DNA of 58,152 bases, the filler included, from Platydemus manokwari (taxonomy: Eukaryota), in the NCBI GenBank assembly GCA_037951405.1. It is 5 parts of 5 records of this genome, joined end to end, with 100 filler letters (N's around TTAATTAATTAA, not from the genome) between each part and the next. Parts side by side here need not be neighbours in the genome. Positions count along the whole stretch, not along the records: positions 23,294 to 34,708 come from JBBMOY010688875.1; positions 34,809 to 44,416 come from JBBMOY011226099.1; 3 more parts are not named here. One strand, given 5' to 3'. This document shows positions 24,919 to 38,176 of the stretch, in pieces; the first letter of the stretch is position 1; every line of letters begins with the position of its first letter. Both the position numbers and the translations under genes were made by a program. The notes under the pieces were generated by a model. It was not told the origin of the DNA. It saw nothing but the letters and a program-made list of their open reading frames with translations, and ran no database searches.

Positions 24919-25794
24919 ATGGGTTGTTGTTGTTGCAAGTCTACACCGGAAGAAGAACCTGAAAGACCTCCTCCGCCACCTCCACCGCCACCACCTCCTC
25001 CACCACCACCGCCTCCGCCACCTCCACCACCACCAAAGGAAAAAACACCGAGCCCTGAGCCAATACCTCCTAAAGTTGGACGTCCAGATCATTATGATCG
25101 TGAAATGCGAATGAAATATAAACCAGGATTTTATCCACCAACAGAAGATTTCAATAAATGGAGGAAAGTTGTTTGGGTGCCTCATACCCTAAAATCGACG
25201 AAAGAATTTCTGATGTTTCAAGAAGTAAATATAAGAGAATTCGGCACTCCAGAGGAATATCACCAGTTTTGTGAAGAACATGGTTGGTGGAATACTGGAG
25301 ATGAATTTGAACTAATGGAAGATATTAAAGAATCGAATGTTACCAAAAAATTCATTGCTCTCAATCCTACTTACGGTGTTGAAACTGAATTTACAGATGC
25401 ATTTTATTTGACTGATGGTCGAATGGTTCGTGCAATAGTCATTTCGCACGAAAATCAGTCAACTGCGATGAAGGCCTTCAATATGTACAAAGGTGGTTGG
25501 GCAGGTGATCTATTGCTTCATGCCATTTATCATGCAGATACTCAACTCTGTTTTGGAGAACTTGTTGATTGGAGTCAAGACGAAGATGAAATTATAAACA
25601 ATGAAGAAAATATAGCGGAACCTAACACGAATCCAGAAAATGATGACGAACAATTGAGTAATAACAATAGCAATAATTATATTAGAAATGATGATATAAA
25701 TCTATTGAAATTAAGACAACTCAAATTATTTAATTTACAATTTCTCTTTATATTTTCTTTTATTCTCCCATTCTTATTTTTATGCTTTAATTAA
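24919..25794 (+). CDS. Intronless 291-aa orphan: MGCCCC N-terminus, poly-proline tract, globular core, acidic/Asn-rich tail
   Basis: Long ORF with coding-like composition and an AAAAATTATGG start context. No family recognised. Confidence 0.8.
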   Translation: MGCCCCKSTPEEEPERPPPPPPPPPPPPPPPPPPPPPPPKEKTPSPEPIPPKVGRPDHYDREMRMKYKPGFYPPTEDFNKWRKVVWVPHTLKSTKEFLMFQEVNIREFGTPEEYHQFCEEHGWWNTGDEFELMEDIKESNVTKKFIALNPTYGVETEFTDAFYLTDGRMVRAIVISHENQSTAMKAFNMYKGGWAGDLLLHAIYHADTQLCFGELVDWSQDEDEIINNEENIAEPNTNPENDDEQLSNNNSNNYIRNDDINLLKLRQLKLFNLQFLFIFSFILPFLFLCFN

Positions 25795-27995
25795 GTTGAC
25801 AAATGATTTTATCCGAATTATACTCTTTATTTAAATACATATTTAGTTTTATTGGTTTTAGTCTCAGTTCTTTAAATTAATGCTCATTCATATTAAATTC
25901 CCTACAGAATAATAATTCGACAAAAATGTAAAGTGTTGGTTATGTTAGATATAAGCCCATTATTTCTAGAAACAATCGCACATATGCTCATAAGCACAAG
26001 AATTCATTAAAATTGACATATTTAAATCGGATCAAATCAGTTATCATTCTCAAGCAGCATACAAATTATTTCTACGGAATTATTAATCGCCAATGATTTC
26101 TTAATTCAATTTAATTTCAATCTTCAGATACAAAATGTTAAACGTTATTTTTAATCATATTTTCAACACTTTGGCATCAATCTCTAACAGGATATTCGTT
26201 GTGAAATATTAAACCAACCAATCCCACAAAGTCGATATGAATTTATTGGGCTCTAAAATTGCAAGTCTTTAGTCTCTCAATATTCGCAGTGGAGCGATTT
26301 TTATCATCTTCAGTACACCACGGCTTTGGCTCTTTTAAACTTATACATTACACATTTGTTATTATAATATATCTTATTGTTATCATAATTTGTTTATTAT
26401 TATGATATTATTATTATATTACATTTTCTTACAGGCAACCTATTAATCTGTTAGGAGCCAGATCTTTGATGAATTAATCATCAAATATCTTTTCTAACTA
26501 CTCATACTAATTTACCGAATGGCTCATCGATAAATTATAGTCGAATTATTCTTAATCGTCACCAAATTCCGGATCCTTTTTTTTGAAATTCCATCAGTTG
26601 TCAGTCAAAGTCGATTTTTAAATATTAAAAGTTGCTAAATTTACAAGTTTCTGAGATTTTATAATTTATAATTTTAAGGAAGAATAGTCACAGAAAAGTT
26701 TTTGAATAAGGAACGCAATCAAATTTGCTTTGGGTCCGGTTTGAAATTATTTTGGATTCATTGAAATATCTTATTAAATTTAAGTTATATATATACATAT
26801 TTCAAAGTAAAACATGCTACCCGGTACTTTTTAAATAGATTCTAACCTATTCCCAATAGAGAATCTGTCGCAATCACGTAGTTATTCTTAATTAACATAT
26901 CCTCTTAATACAATTAACTTCACTCAATTCATTTAACAGATTTTTTCCGAAATATTTTAGGTTTTCATAAATTGTAATAGGATTTGCACATTCAATTTTA
27001 GGCCATGAATTTTCTTAGGCAAGTAAGAAAATTCGCAAATTGCATATCAATTAGCTTTTATAACATGGATTTAAACAACAAATTCACCTCAGATAGAATT
27101 TGAGATGTCCAATTTATTTGAATCCATTTTACAGTGGTGGCAATTTTTTTATAATATTATATCATTAGTGCAAATTTCGACCGAATTTTTGTGTTTGTGG
27201 TTGGCTTGAGCTGTATATTTTTTATTTATATAATTCCGTCAGTAAAAGGATGTTCTGTCTAAGTCATTAATTCTAATAACAATCTTAATAATTTTTTTCG
27301 TTATATGTTGCTTTTGTTTAAATCTAACCCTATTTTTAACTTTTATTTCTTGACCAATATGTATTTTTAGAATTGAGGTAATAGACAAACAATCGTATTT
27401 GTTTTAAGAATTTTTAAAAACAATGAAAATGTCCCCAAGTGGCAATACTTTTAAGATGTTTGTATTAGACTTAAATATTGCAAGAATTTGAAAGTGGAAA
27501 TTTTTACAAAATAAGGATATTGAGGATATTGAAATGTCTTGTCCGTATTTCATTAGCTACTATTTTATCTATCTTGATTATCGCCATCCGTATGGTTGCA
27601 AGCTAGATGGTCAGTATGAGTATTCGGCATTGTCTGATATGATTGGATACTAGTAAAATGAACAATTAATTTGGAAAAATTGAGGGATAGTAGAAGTTAT
27701 AATGGAGAATCACAGTGGATAAACGAATCAATACGATACTGTATGTATGTATGCCTGTTTTTTCGTTATCTATAATTATTAAGTAATTATTAAATAACGG
27801 CCCATCAAATTAATTGTGATTACGTCAGCGTCACTGAGCACATTGTCATTGTCATCAATAAATTATTCAATATCTTAAATTTCGTTATTAATTAAATTCA
27901 TTTTATGAGGGACAATCTAACAAAAAAATAAAGAATTTTTAAATTGAAAAGATTATTTTAACATGGTGAGGAAAATTAAAATTTAATAATAATTT

Positions 27996-28620
27996 GTGGA
28001 TCCTGGACAAAATCGATCAGAGGAGAAAAATATATTAGACATTATATATCAATTGAGAAGATATATAGCAGACACACAAATTGAAGAAACAACTGAAAAA
28101 GTTATTCGGAATCTATGGGTTTTGAAATACGGAGCACCAAAAGAAATGCATGTAGATTGTGGTGAATTCTTTGAATCACAATGAATCAGAGAGATGGCTT
28201 TTAGAATGGGATCAAATATAATATATTCCAGTTTTTATCACCATAATGCGAATAGATTACTTGAGTGACAATTTAGGATGATAAGAGACTATAAACAACA
28301 AAACCTAGGCAACACACAGACTGGTTTTTTATATTACCATTATTAAATACGCATTGAATGCTACGGTGCAAATAACGACTGTCAATAGTCCGGCAGAAGC
28401 TATTTTATGGAGAAAAATAGATAGATCACAATCACATGCCACTAGTAAAGTAGATAGAAAAATTTTTTAAAAAAATGCAAATTTACGATAAGTGACAAGG
28501 TATTAGTAAAACAGGAAGAACGGAACAAAGACCAAAAAGATACGATGGCTCGTATGAAGTTATAAGAAAGAGCCCTGAAAGGAGTTATCAATCACAAAAT
28601 AAAAACAGCATTGCGTTAAG
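27996..28620 (+). mobile_element. Decayed Ty3/Gypsy integrase fragment
   Basis: WVLKYGAPKEMHVDCGEFFES, YSSFYHHNANRLLE, ALNATV..SPAE and a RYDGSYEV (GPY/F-like) motif, interrupted by stops and frameshifts. Confidence 0.85.
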
Positions 28621-30069
28621 AAAGGATAGGAGAAAATTATAACTTAATAATAATTTTTAAATGAATTATTTATAGCAAATATTTCGAATTTATAAATTTA
28701 AATTTTAGTAAATTATTTTTAAAAATTTGATATAAAGTGATATTTAAATAATTTATTTATATAATTTATTATATATAAGGCTTTTTATATTCCTGGTGAA
28801 GATCAGCGACAACTAAAGCTTCCTGGAAAAAATTTTAATTTGTTTTAAAAGGTCTAATTTGTTTTGAATAATGAAATTTACGACAATCTTCTGAATATTT
28901 CTAACGAATCTCAAAACTTAAACGAGATAGCTACTAGTTAAGAAGCATACATGAAGATGTTGTTTTGTGAATATTTTAACCAGAAAACGCGGTTTGACAA
29001 ATAATATAATTTTTAATTATAACGAACTTTGTTGAAAAGTATTTACTAAAAAAAGTTATTCCTGTTGGTAATTTCATTAGAGTTATCAATAATAGAACAT
29101 TTCCTTTGTATAGCATTCGAAAGTTAGGTAAATGAGATTAGACCTTTTTGAATTGAATTTGCTGAATCAAACTTCCTGAGCTAATTGTTCGAAATTATCT
29201 CCAATGTCGTAAACCCACTGACTTATTAATTTTATAATGATTTCTCGCATTGCATTTTTTTTAAAAATAACTCATTTTATTATTTTCCAATTGTGTGTTT
29301 TTCTTTACTCTTAGCTCCGAAATCTTAGTTTATTTTAATCAGTTTTCACGCAATTAATTAGAATCACTTGGGATTCTGTTCATTGTAATTTCACCATCTA
29401 TTTCTTATCAAAAAATCCCATTTTCGGTTATAACTCCATTATCAATTATTAATCTATTGGCTATCAATTATTAATCCTGACCATCAACGGAATTCTCAAT
29501 TCGGTAACATTTTTAATATCATCACTCGCCCTATCCCATTATCTGAAGAGATCCCTAATAATTATTACAATCATCTATAATATCTGTAAAATATCTACTC
29601 GTCCAGACATCAGACCGCTATCCAGTTCAATTCAGTTATCAATTTCATCACCAGTTTCATTGCAATGGCGGTTGAAATATTCACGCACAATTCAGTCAAT
29701 TTGACAATGCAGTCAAACAAGCTAATTGAAAATATTGAGTTATATTTTGTACATCGATTTTTTAATTTTACAATTCTGATTATCATTATTTTATTAATTT
29801 GCTGTTTAATTAATAAAATTAATGAGTTTTCGTGTCCATTTTTATTTCACGAGTTACTGTAATTTTTAGTAAAAACTATTTTTGCTGAAAAGTATTTCTA
29901 AAAATGTTTTATATTTTGTAAAACTTTATTATTTTTGAGTTATAAAAAGTCAGGTTGAATGTAAATAGTAGCAACTTCGCTTAAAATTAATGATTCAACA
30001 AAAAGAAGTCATTATTACGATTTTCTTAACTAATTTATTTATTTAAAAATCAAACAGTAAAAATGTGGG

Positions 30070-33000
30070 GTGTTTCCCTCAAAATTTAATGTTTCAAAAG
30101 TCACACATGGTTTTTTAGCATATTTAAACAAATCTAAGACTTATTTGACTTCCCTAGCAACTCAATTCTTCAAGGTTTTGACTGCCATTTGAAATCAAAA
30201 ATCACTTGATGTGGGCTTAAATATTATAAAACACTGTAAAGACCACAACGATCTCCTTTGTGCTGTACTTTCTTCACTATAACTTCTTTTCCAAACGCTA
30301 AAATTTTACGACCTTTTTATTAGCATCGAATTTCCTTAAATTTCTGTCTACTGATTTTAGCTGGTTTTTCGTTTCTTTGATGATATGGTCGTGGTGCCTT
30401 GGTTCATTTAGACGTTACCCATGCATATTAATTTGTCATCTAAACACTATTTCGAAAGGAGAATGTCGAATTGAGCTCTGATATGTTGCATTGATGATAA
30501 ATTCCAGCCGTTGTTACCACCATGCCTTGAACCGTTCTAATCATCCTTTTGGCTAAGCCATTTGGCTAGTGTTGGTATGGGGTGGTAAATTCTTGCTTTA
30601 TTTCAAAACATGTCGCTAATCTCTTCATTCCCTATCTGCGAATGAACCATTGACACAACAATTAGCTTTTTTCCATTCTCATTGTACACCGCCATATCTT
30701 CAAACAATTAGTATTTCTTTAAAGTGTTAAAATATTTACTTTTCTTGACTGATAAGTTGACTCATTGGTGAATCTTCTTTATTTTGTCATTATTTGGAAT
30801 TGAATGCTCGACAACATTAATAAATCGACTTTTTGGCTTGTTTCTTTAGTCGTATGATACTGAGTTAAGGACTGTGAACAAAATACTTCGCCTATCCTTG
30901 AGTGTCCATCTGCATTTCTATGATCTGATACTTCCATATTGAATTTCAAAATTGAATCGAAAAAGTTTTTCAAAATATGTTGGAAATTACGGGCTAATGA
31001 GTTTGTTAGTTTTCTTCATGTATGTCAAGACCTTGTAATCAGTGATTGTCAAAAATTTCTTTCCCAGAAGATAATGCTCAAAATGCATAGTGACCTCGAG
31101 GATTGCCAAATGCTCTTTCCTAGTGACGCAATAACCTTTCTAGAAACATATGCTACTACTCCATCTTTTCCAGTATCATCCATTTGTTTTTGAAAGCCCC
31201 CAATCGTTCCAAAACAAGGGACGGTATCTAAAATAATCTCTTTGTTTGAATCCGGAAAGGCAAAAATCAGAGCTGTACATAATTGTTCCTTTAAGTTTCC
31301 AAAAATTTCTTCACACTTTACATTCCACTCAAACTTCATCATCGCATATAACGGAGCAGTAATTAATTGATAAAACGGCTGTAATAATTGCATAATTCTA
31401 GGAATGACCTTTACTGCTTGAAGAATCGGATTTTATTGCTTTATTAATCTCCTTCACTTTGTTGTTATTAGTTTCTATCCATTTCCCACTAGCCATTTGA
31501 TCCAGGAAATTCAATTTTCTAATGCCAAAAGCATATTTTTTGAACTTTATTTTCAACCTTTTCGAGTTTCCCATTGTGTTCTTCTACTGATCTCACATGC
31601 GCTACAATATCTCCCAGATAAACAAGAACGTTCTTGTAAACCAAATCTTTCAATAAAGTGATTCATTAGACTGAATCTTTGCTGATGCGATAAATAATCC
31701 AAAAGTCTAGTGCTGAAAACCGTTTTCAACTTAGAATCTTATTCAAGTTCAACCTCATAATATGCTTGGCCTCGTGCCATACATCGAGTCCAATAACGTG
31801 GATATCAGGTACCCGAAAAGAAAACTTTTCGGTTTGTTCGTTTAATTTTCGGAAGTCTAAGTATATTCTGATCGATCCATCTTTCTTTGAAATCACAACT
31901 AAAAGAGATTTCCAAGGGCTCTTGCAAGTCGTTATGCCATTACTTTCAAAAAATGTTTTCTATTAATACTTGAATTTTTGTTTCTAAATTTATTGGCTGC
32001 CTTCTAGAGTTTTGCGCAATTCCCCTTTAGTTTGGATAGAATCGAGACGTCATAAAAATTGACCCATTTTGTCTTTTATACGCCTATTCAATAAAATATC
32101 ATTCTTATCGGCAATACTCTTCAGTGACATTTTGATTCTGTCTTGGTCGCTGTATTCTTTATATCCCTGCAAGAAATATTCCACAAGTCTTCATCATATC
32201 AACTCCTCCAATAAATCTTAGTGAAATTTCTTTTACTACACTGATCTTCTTTACTAGAATTTTGTTGTTCCAAACTATTAGGATACTTATTTCCCCTAGA
32301 GACTATTTGTGTGTATTGGAGAATACATCAGCCAATTGAACATTGGAATTTTAAATCTGTGATTCTCCAATGCGCCGCCAATTCCTTTCATTCATTTCAT
32401 GCGCCAGAATCCCATAACATATCAATATGTGTACCGTTGCACTCAATTTTACTCCACTGTATACCATCTGATTTCTGACACATCTGTGAATGCTTCTTCT
32501 TCTTTTTGCCGTCTTTCTTCTTTGCTTCTATTCTATCTCTAGCTGATATATCTCTATTGATTCAACTCCACTGACGAGATAGCACAAAAGGTTGATGCCA
32601 TTTTTTCTGCTCTATTGAGAGTGAGCTAATACATTCACTTGTTTCACTTTTGGTTTTGAATATCGATTTCATCTTCCTCGTTATGGATGAATAGTATTTT
32701 CCTCGAACTATTATAGTAAGGCTCTCTGGCTAAATGACATTCTCTGAACAGATGCCCTTCTTTCCAACATATTAAACATTTATTCCTCGGTCGACATTTA
32801 AACTTCTGGTGTCCAGACGCATTACTGCAAAAGCAAGTTCCTGGTTTTAAATAATCACCAAGTGGTGTTGGTTTTCCTCTACAATTGCTGTAGAATTTAG
32901 ATGCAATAGCTTTCATTGATCTTGTTGGTCTTGTATTGTTTGGAGATTCTATCTGTTTAACTGGTGCACAAAAATATATTTCCTGCGCGGTTGGGTTATG

Positions 33001-33126
33001 CTTTTTTAAAAGAAACTTCCTTTTGAAAATTTTTCTTGGGTTGCTTTCAAATACCGACTGGGCATATGTCTCCTTGATGATATTTATGGGTTTCGTCGGA
33101 ATTAACTTCCCTAAATTAACAGCCAA
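30070..33126 (-). mobile_element. Near full-length decayed Ty3/Gypsy internal region (gag-PR-RT-RH-IN)
   Basis: Gag with tandem CCHC knuckles (CLICWKEGHLFREC), protease LWDSGA, RT SPWKSLLVVISKKDGSIRIYLDFRKLN, RNase H FEWNVKCEEIFGNLKEQL..VVAYVSRK, integrase TTPYQH.PNGLAKRMIRTV. Gypsy domain order, many disruptions. Confidence 0.92.
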
Positions 33127-34607
33127 CTCAATTCTTATATATAATTAAATTTTTAAAATTAGATTTTTAATAACTTAATAAAAAGTATTAATAATTCAAT
33201 GAAATCTCAAAATATTTTTTTTAATTTCTGAAATTATTATCGAATTATCAAAACTATTTTTTTATATTATATAAAATTATTATTAAATTTGTTCATTTCA
33301 ATTTTCCTCATATTGAACATTATAAATAAGTAATCAAATCGATAGCTATATAAATAATAAAAACAAAACTAAAAATAGGAATTATGATATTGAATAATGA
33401 TTATTAATATATATATATAAGGCAGCTGTCCTCTCACAACAGAAGAATACTCGAAAACAAACAATAAGAGTTTTCAAAATGATAAACACACTTTAACGAA
33501 AGCTGTAAATAAATGAAGATATAAAATATAAGAAATGAAGATTTTTTTAACAAAAATAAAAATGACAAAAATTGATTAACAAGAAGAATTAATTTCATAA
33601 ATTGTTTGTTATCTGCTCCTATTGATATCGCGACATTTTACAGCAACTGTTTATTGTTTAGAAAATTTGTTTCATCTAATTTGAAATAAATAACTAAACT
33701 CATCAAGCCTATCAATTTTTGTTGTCAGAATTTGTATAAATAAATATCTCATTCACATAGCCGGAATTAAATTCGATCAAAAAACCAACTTGAGCATTTT
33801 GTCGATTTTTGATTTCAATCATTGACACGAAGAAGCAATGCATCGAAAGTGCTTCAGTTTTGAGAAATCTAATTTAATTTTCCTATCTTAAACTGACGAC
33901 CTTATTTCATTAATTTGTTAATATTGATTTTATCATTTCGATATTTTTTTATGTTATAAAACTTTCTGTCGACAGAGTATGCTGCAAAAGCAAAAAAATC
34001 CATACGGAGGAGACTGTTGTGATTGGTGGATAGCTAAAATTATTCTTGAGTCAATGCAAAAGCAATTTTTGTTTTCCTAGCAAATGAACATCGGGGAAAT
34101 TCTAGGTGATATTGAGTGAAAAATATGAACATTTAAACAAAAAATTATAATATCGAAAATTTAATTATGTATGCATGTATTGGGAGATGGATACGATTTC
34201 ATCAAAGAACATAGTGTTTCAGAACAGGTATAGAATCTTCCAATTAGAACTGATAAACATAATATTTAGTTATCGAGAACATATGTATAGAATCCATGCA
34301 ATGAAATATTAGACACATAAACTCATTTAACTTGGTTGAATAACGTTTTGATGTGTAACCTTTATAGTTATAAATTATAAGATCAACATAAAAAGTACAT
34401 AACACTTTTCCCTCTAGCTAATGTGCAAGAAGTGAGTATTGAATGTCGTTTGCAGAGATGGCACAATTTAACTAAATCAAGCCTGATTTTCACAACAACT
34501 TTCTAATATCTGATAATTGGAAGTTTTCCTCTAATAATCATTGAACTTTATGCACATAGTAGTCCTATTTTTTTATAATAAAATATATAGAGTTCAATAT
34601 ATTCTAT

Positions 34608-34650
34608 ATAAAGATAAAGATAAAGATAAAGATAAAGATAAAGATAAAGA
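34608..34650. repeat. (ATAAAG)n hexamer microsatellite
   Basis: About seven tandem units. Confidence 0.9.
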
Positions 34651-34708
34651 AAATCGATAAAAAATTTTGATTGAATTTTAAGGTAAAAAAGTATTAACGT
34701 TTACTATT

Positions 34709-34808
34709 NNNNNNNNNNNNNNNNNNNNNNNNNNNNNNNNNNNNNNNNNNNNTTAATTAATTAANNNNNNNNNNNNNNNNNNNNNNNNNNNNNNNNNNNN
34801 NNNNNNNN
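34709..34808. other. Artificial contig linker
   Basis: Same 100-bp spacer. Confidence 0.97.
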
Positions 34809-36020
34809 TGGTTCCATTCGAAAATGGTTAGGGAAAACAGAAGCAGAAGTCAATTCAGCGGTCAAGAAAAGCAAATATTTTAACATTTTAGAGAAATATG
34901 AATGGTTTGGTGGTGTATAATGAGAATGAAAAGAAACGAATTGTTGTAGCAGAGGTTTATTCGCAGAAACTTACGAGATACCTTCATTAAGAGTTGTGCC
35001 ATATTGGTAATAAGAAATTGGTCGATTACATTCAAATAATTTACTTCTGGCCAAACATGTCACGAAGCATCGAACATACAATACGAAATTGTGATATTTG
35101 TGCTAAACGGAAGGTATACACTGGGCGAACTAAAGAAATTATGATTCCCAAGGAAGAGCTTGGTCTTCTGGATCAGATTGTTGTTGATGTTGCTCCTTTG
35201 GGAATTTATGACTAAAACCAAATATTTGTTGGTTATTGTAGATAGATACCACTTATTCGACAAGACGAAACAAGTATTTCCAAGTACATCATCGATAAAT
35301 AGTTCTATAGGTATGGTGCTCCAAAATCAATGCGCACTGATGGGGGTAGAGTCTTCTAGAGAAGGGAAATGAAGGAATAAGTGACACATTTTGGAATAAA
35401 ACAAGAATTTATCTCCTAATTTATTTACCAACATCAGGCAAATGGCTTAGCGAAAAAAGGATGATTAGGACTGTCCGAGACATCGTGGTAACAACGATGG
35501 CATCAGAGAAACAGCCTTTCGATAAATTAATACCTAGGATAGATTTCATCATCAATGCAACATTTCAGAGTTCAATTCAACATTCTCCATTTGAAATATT
35601 GTTTGGACGAAGAATTAATATGCATAAGTTACGACTAAATGAACCAAGCCATCACGAACAAATCATCAAAAAACTGAAAACCAACAAAAATCAGTAACCA
35701 CAAACTTAAAGAAATTCGATGCTAAAAAAGAAGTTGTAGAATTTTCGCAGCTGGAGAAGAATTTTTAGTGAAGATAAAGAAGAACGGAGATCGTTATGAA
35801 GGTCCTCACAGAATTTTGAAATTTTTAAGACCACACCAAGTACTCCTTGATTTTCAGGGACAGCCAAAACCTCGAAGAATTAAGTGGCTAAAAAGGATCT
35901 CAAAAACAACGGGAGATAGAAGTTTGATAAAAAAATGAGATTTGACACATTAAAAAAACGCGTGTGATTTTTAAATAAATAAAATAATTGATTTTTACTC
36001 TGAATTATGTTAACGAAATT
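34809..36020 (+). mobile_element. Decayed Ty3/Gypsy integrase and 3' end
   Basis: HHCC zinc finger (H..LCHIG..FWPNM..CDIC), HQANGLAK.MIRTV, SPFEILFGR and RYEGPH motifs, then purine-rich GGGAGATAGAAG. Confidence 0.9.
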
Positions 36021-37670
36021 GATCTATCGCCTAAGTTTTTGCTTCTGTATTTTATCTTCATATTCTTTTAATTTTAATGTTTGGATAATTATAACAATGG
36101 TCAAAGATAATTGAATTGAATTTAAGTCGGTTATGATTTTAAACTTGTGATGAATATCGATCGTTAATTTGACTTACTGAAGAGTTCTAATTAAATGGGA
36201 AGTAAAAACTTGATTAAAACGTTTATCGATTAATAATTTGATGAAGAAAAACATTTTAAAATATCCTTAATACGTGGAGTTATTATTTTTCCGCCATTAT
36301 ATGAAAAATCTGAAGTGATAAACATTTATTCATATATTCCCCAAGATTTCGTTGAAAAATTATTCGACTTCATTAGGTAGCATTAACAAGTTAAGAGTTA
36401 ATTAGTTTCTGTTAACAAAATTTTATTTGCAAAGAGAACTAACATATTTTTAAAATAATTTACTAATTTTTTGAAACAAAATTGACACCAGTTCATGAAA
36501 AATGTTTCAACTATTAAAGACATCAATTAATTGTGAAATCGGATTGATTTCTCCCAATTCTTATACTTTTCTGACTTTATATTCTGTATAACCCGACACT
36601 CCGGTCCATAAAAAATTCTCAATTCTAATAACTTTTTAATTCGGCAGTCTTAATTAAACAACAATTGCCAAAGATTTTGACTCTTGAAAATGACGTAGCG
36701 GATTAATCCAACTTTTTCTCACGGATAATCTTAGTCCTGAATTTATTTCATTTGGCCGTTATTTTAAATGGTTTTATTTAATTCAATGCCATTAATTTTT
36801 CACATATGGTCTAAATGAATTTTTTTCTCAAAATCTATCTCTTTTATTATCTGACATCTCACATGAAAAATATTCAATTTAAATTTGACCATAATAATAT
36901 TTATAATTTAATTAATATCGATCTGTATAATTTATATAATGTATATCAATAAGTATTTTATAATTTTAAAGTATTTTCAATTTTATTATATATTATGTGT
37001 CTTTGTGGTGCATCACGAATTGACAACATTTTCAACTGCCAGATCATCCATACAAATCGAGATACTTCTCCGCCCAGTTTTCTCTATTCATCTTTTTGCC
37101 CTAACTGACAATGAGGAAATCATGAATGGAATGTTACCAGCCTTCAGATGTATACTAACTTATCTTTTTTTCATTATTAATCATATGATACAAAATAGAA
37201 AATATTATTTTAATCTTTGAAAACATTGTAGGCATATGCATATAAGCTTGAAATCACAAAATATTACTCATATCTAATAGTGATTTTAAAATATGGTTCA
37301 AACAATAAAGGATTGTAAACAATTACACAAATATTTCAACTTTAACAATTTCAAGTTTAAATTTAACCACTATGACGGTATCATAATTTGTGACAAAATC
37401 GATTAAAATTACCTAGTAAAACTATGGGAACAACCTTTAATAATTCATACACACAAGCACAATGGACCCACGTGCCAGTAGCCAAATATATTCTTTTAAG
37501 TGATCAATCTATGATTAGATTTCAATTTTCATTCGCACATCCAAACAGTAGGTAATGCATATCTCAATAAGAAATACGATAAATTTATTAAGTCTTAGGA
37601 TGGTTCTAACAAAAAAATGGTTACAATACAGGAAATCAACACAAAATAATACCATACTAGAAGTAGACTA

Positions 37671-37823
37671 TCAAATACAACTGCAAGTCTTTTTATCTTT
37701 CGGATACTGAACCCATTGAGATTCTGTCATTTCTTTCTTTGGAATTTTTTTCTTGGGTGGCTCTGGTTTTGTGATTTTTGAGTATTGTGAAACGATAATT
37801 TTATTGAGCTTGGGCGGTGGCAT
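37671..37823 (-). CDS. 50-aa Lys/Pro-rich small ORF ending in CaaX-like CSCI
   Basis: MPPPKLNKIIVSQYSKITKPEPPKKKIPKKEMTESQWVQYPKDKKTCSCI*. Could instead be the first exon of a spliced gene. Confidence 0.35.
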   Translation of the reverse strand: MPPPKLNKIIVSQYSKITKPEPPKKKIPKKEMTESQWVQYPKDKKTCSCI

Positions 37824-38176
37824 TCAGAAAATTAGAACCCCTTGTTATTTATTTAATTATTAATCGCTACAATTTTATAACCAAATATTTTTGCTTCTAC
37901 TAATTATAATTGACAGTAGTGTAGAATTGTTTAGAAATAATAAATAATTTTAGCATTTCCATTTGGATTATTAATGGGCCAATGGCTCTCTATATGATTT
38001 TGACATGAATTCCCTTTTTAGATTGCCCAAGGTTTTCCCAGCTTATTTTAAATTTAAAAACTCAATTCAAATATCAATTTTAATGTTGTTAAATTTTTGA
38101 AATAATTTTTTCTTACGAACAAGAAACATATTTCAAACATGAAACAAAAATGAAAAAATATAATTTTTTATATTAG

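Noticed and set aside
24901-25185. Trp/Arg-rich minus-strand ORF
   Set aside because: Antisense shadow of the poly-proline codons.
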